A stretch of 6,364 nucleotides of DNA from a virus (Duplodnaviria; Heunggongvirae; Uroviricota; Caudoviricetes). The position numbers and the translations under genes are program-made. Shown one piece after another: positions 6,089-6,364 of this stretch. Under the pieces are notes generated by a model. The model was given only the letters and a program-made list of their open reading frames with translations, searched no databases and had not been told where the DNA came from. Numbering within the stretch: the stretch's first letter is position 1; the number at the start of each line of letters is the position of its first letter. The DNA lies in the IMG/VR virus record IMGVR_UViG_2713896780_000023. One strand, 5' to 3'.

Positions 6089-6364
6089 TTAATCTGCTTT
6101 CTGAATTTTAGCTTCTGAATCCATGCAAATAATTTCGATATAGGGTTCATTGCCATTAGCCTGGCGCGCTTTTTCAGCTTTGCTAATGATTTCTCGTACG
6201 GTCTGGTACGGAAGTTCCACAAGCAGTCGCGTGCCGTTCAGATAAACGTAAGTGGCTTCGTCGGCTCCGTTTTTACCCGCCGGAGCCACTCCATCAATAG
6301 CGGATGCGCGTAATAACAGTTCACCGCGAAAATCAATAAAACGGATAAATACACCTTGTGCATG
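6089..6364 (-). CDS. Hypothetical protein, C-terminal 91 aa of an ORF whose 5' end lies beyond the right edge of the window
   Basis: Minus-strand frame is open from position 6364 to the TAA stop at 6091..6089 (HAQGVFIRFIDFRGELLLRASAIDGVAPAGKNG...). The ORF track shows only the part from an internal GTG at 6289. Confidence 0.5.
   Translation of the reverse strand, partial: HAQGVFIRFIDFRGELLLRASAIDGVAPAGKNGADEATYVYLNGTRLLVELPYQTVREIISKAEKARQANGNEPYIEIICMDSEAKIQKAD

Noticed and set aside
1-6364. CRISPR arrays, tRNA or rRNA genes, integrase or transposase genes, IS terminal inverted repeats
   Set aside because: Looked for short regularly spaced repeats, cloverleaf-like segments and recombinase-like ORFs; none seen. 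The only repeats are the two 40-bp copies at 775-887.

Overview
Single-strand gene block, all transcribed right-to-left (minus strand), that reads like the replication/partition core of a plasmid-like or phage-like mobile element plus uncharacterised cargo. Left edge: the N-terminal ~247 aa of a ParM/StbA-like actin-family segregation ATPase (1..743). Upstream of it is a pair of 40-bp direct repeats, each carrying a 20-bp palindrome; one copy overlaps the 3' end of a 940-aa rolling-circle initiator of the P2 gpA / phiX174 A type (820..3642; motif 1, HUH and Y-x-x-x-Y-x-x-K motifs all found). Upstream of the initiator is a 121-aa ORF, then a ~420-bp ORF-poor, hairpin-rich region bounded by two N-masked blocks (4084-4133, 4359-4409). 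Further upstream is a tightly packed, partly translationally coupled run of small ORFs with no family I can name (99, 88, 67, 136, 80 aa, a partial ORF at the right edge, and an unlisted 37-aa hydrophobic peptide). No tRNA, rRNA, CRISPR array, integrase or transposase was seen. The most likely places for something undescribed are the coupled small-ORF cluster, the masked structured intergenic region, and the initiator's 300-aa C-terminal extension. All family assignments are by eye from motifs, without database searches.
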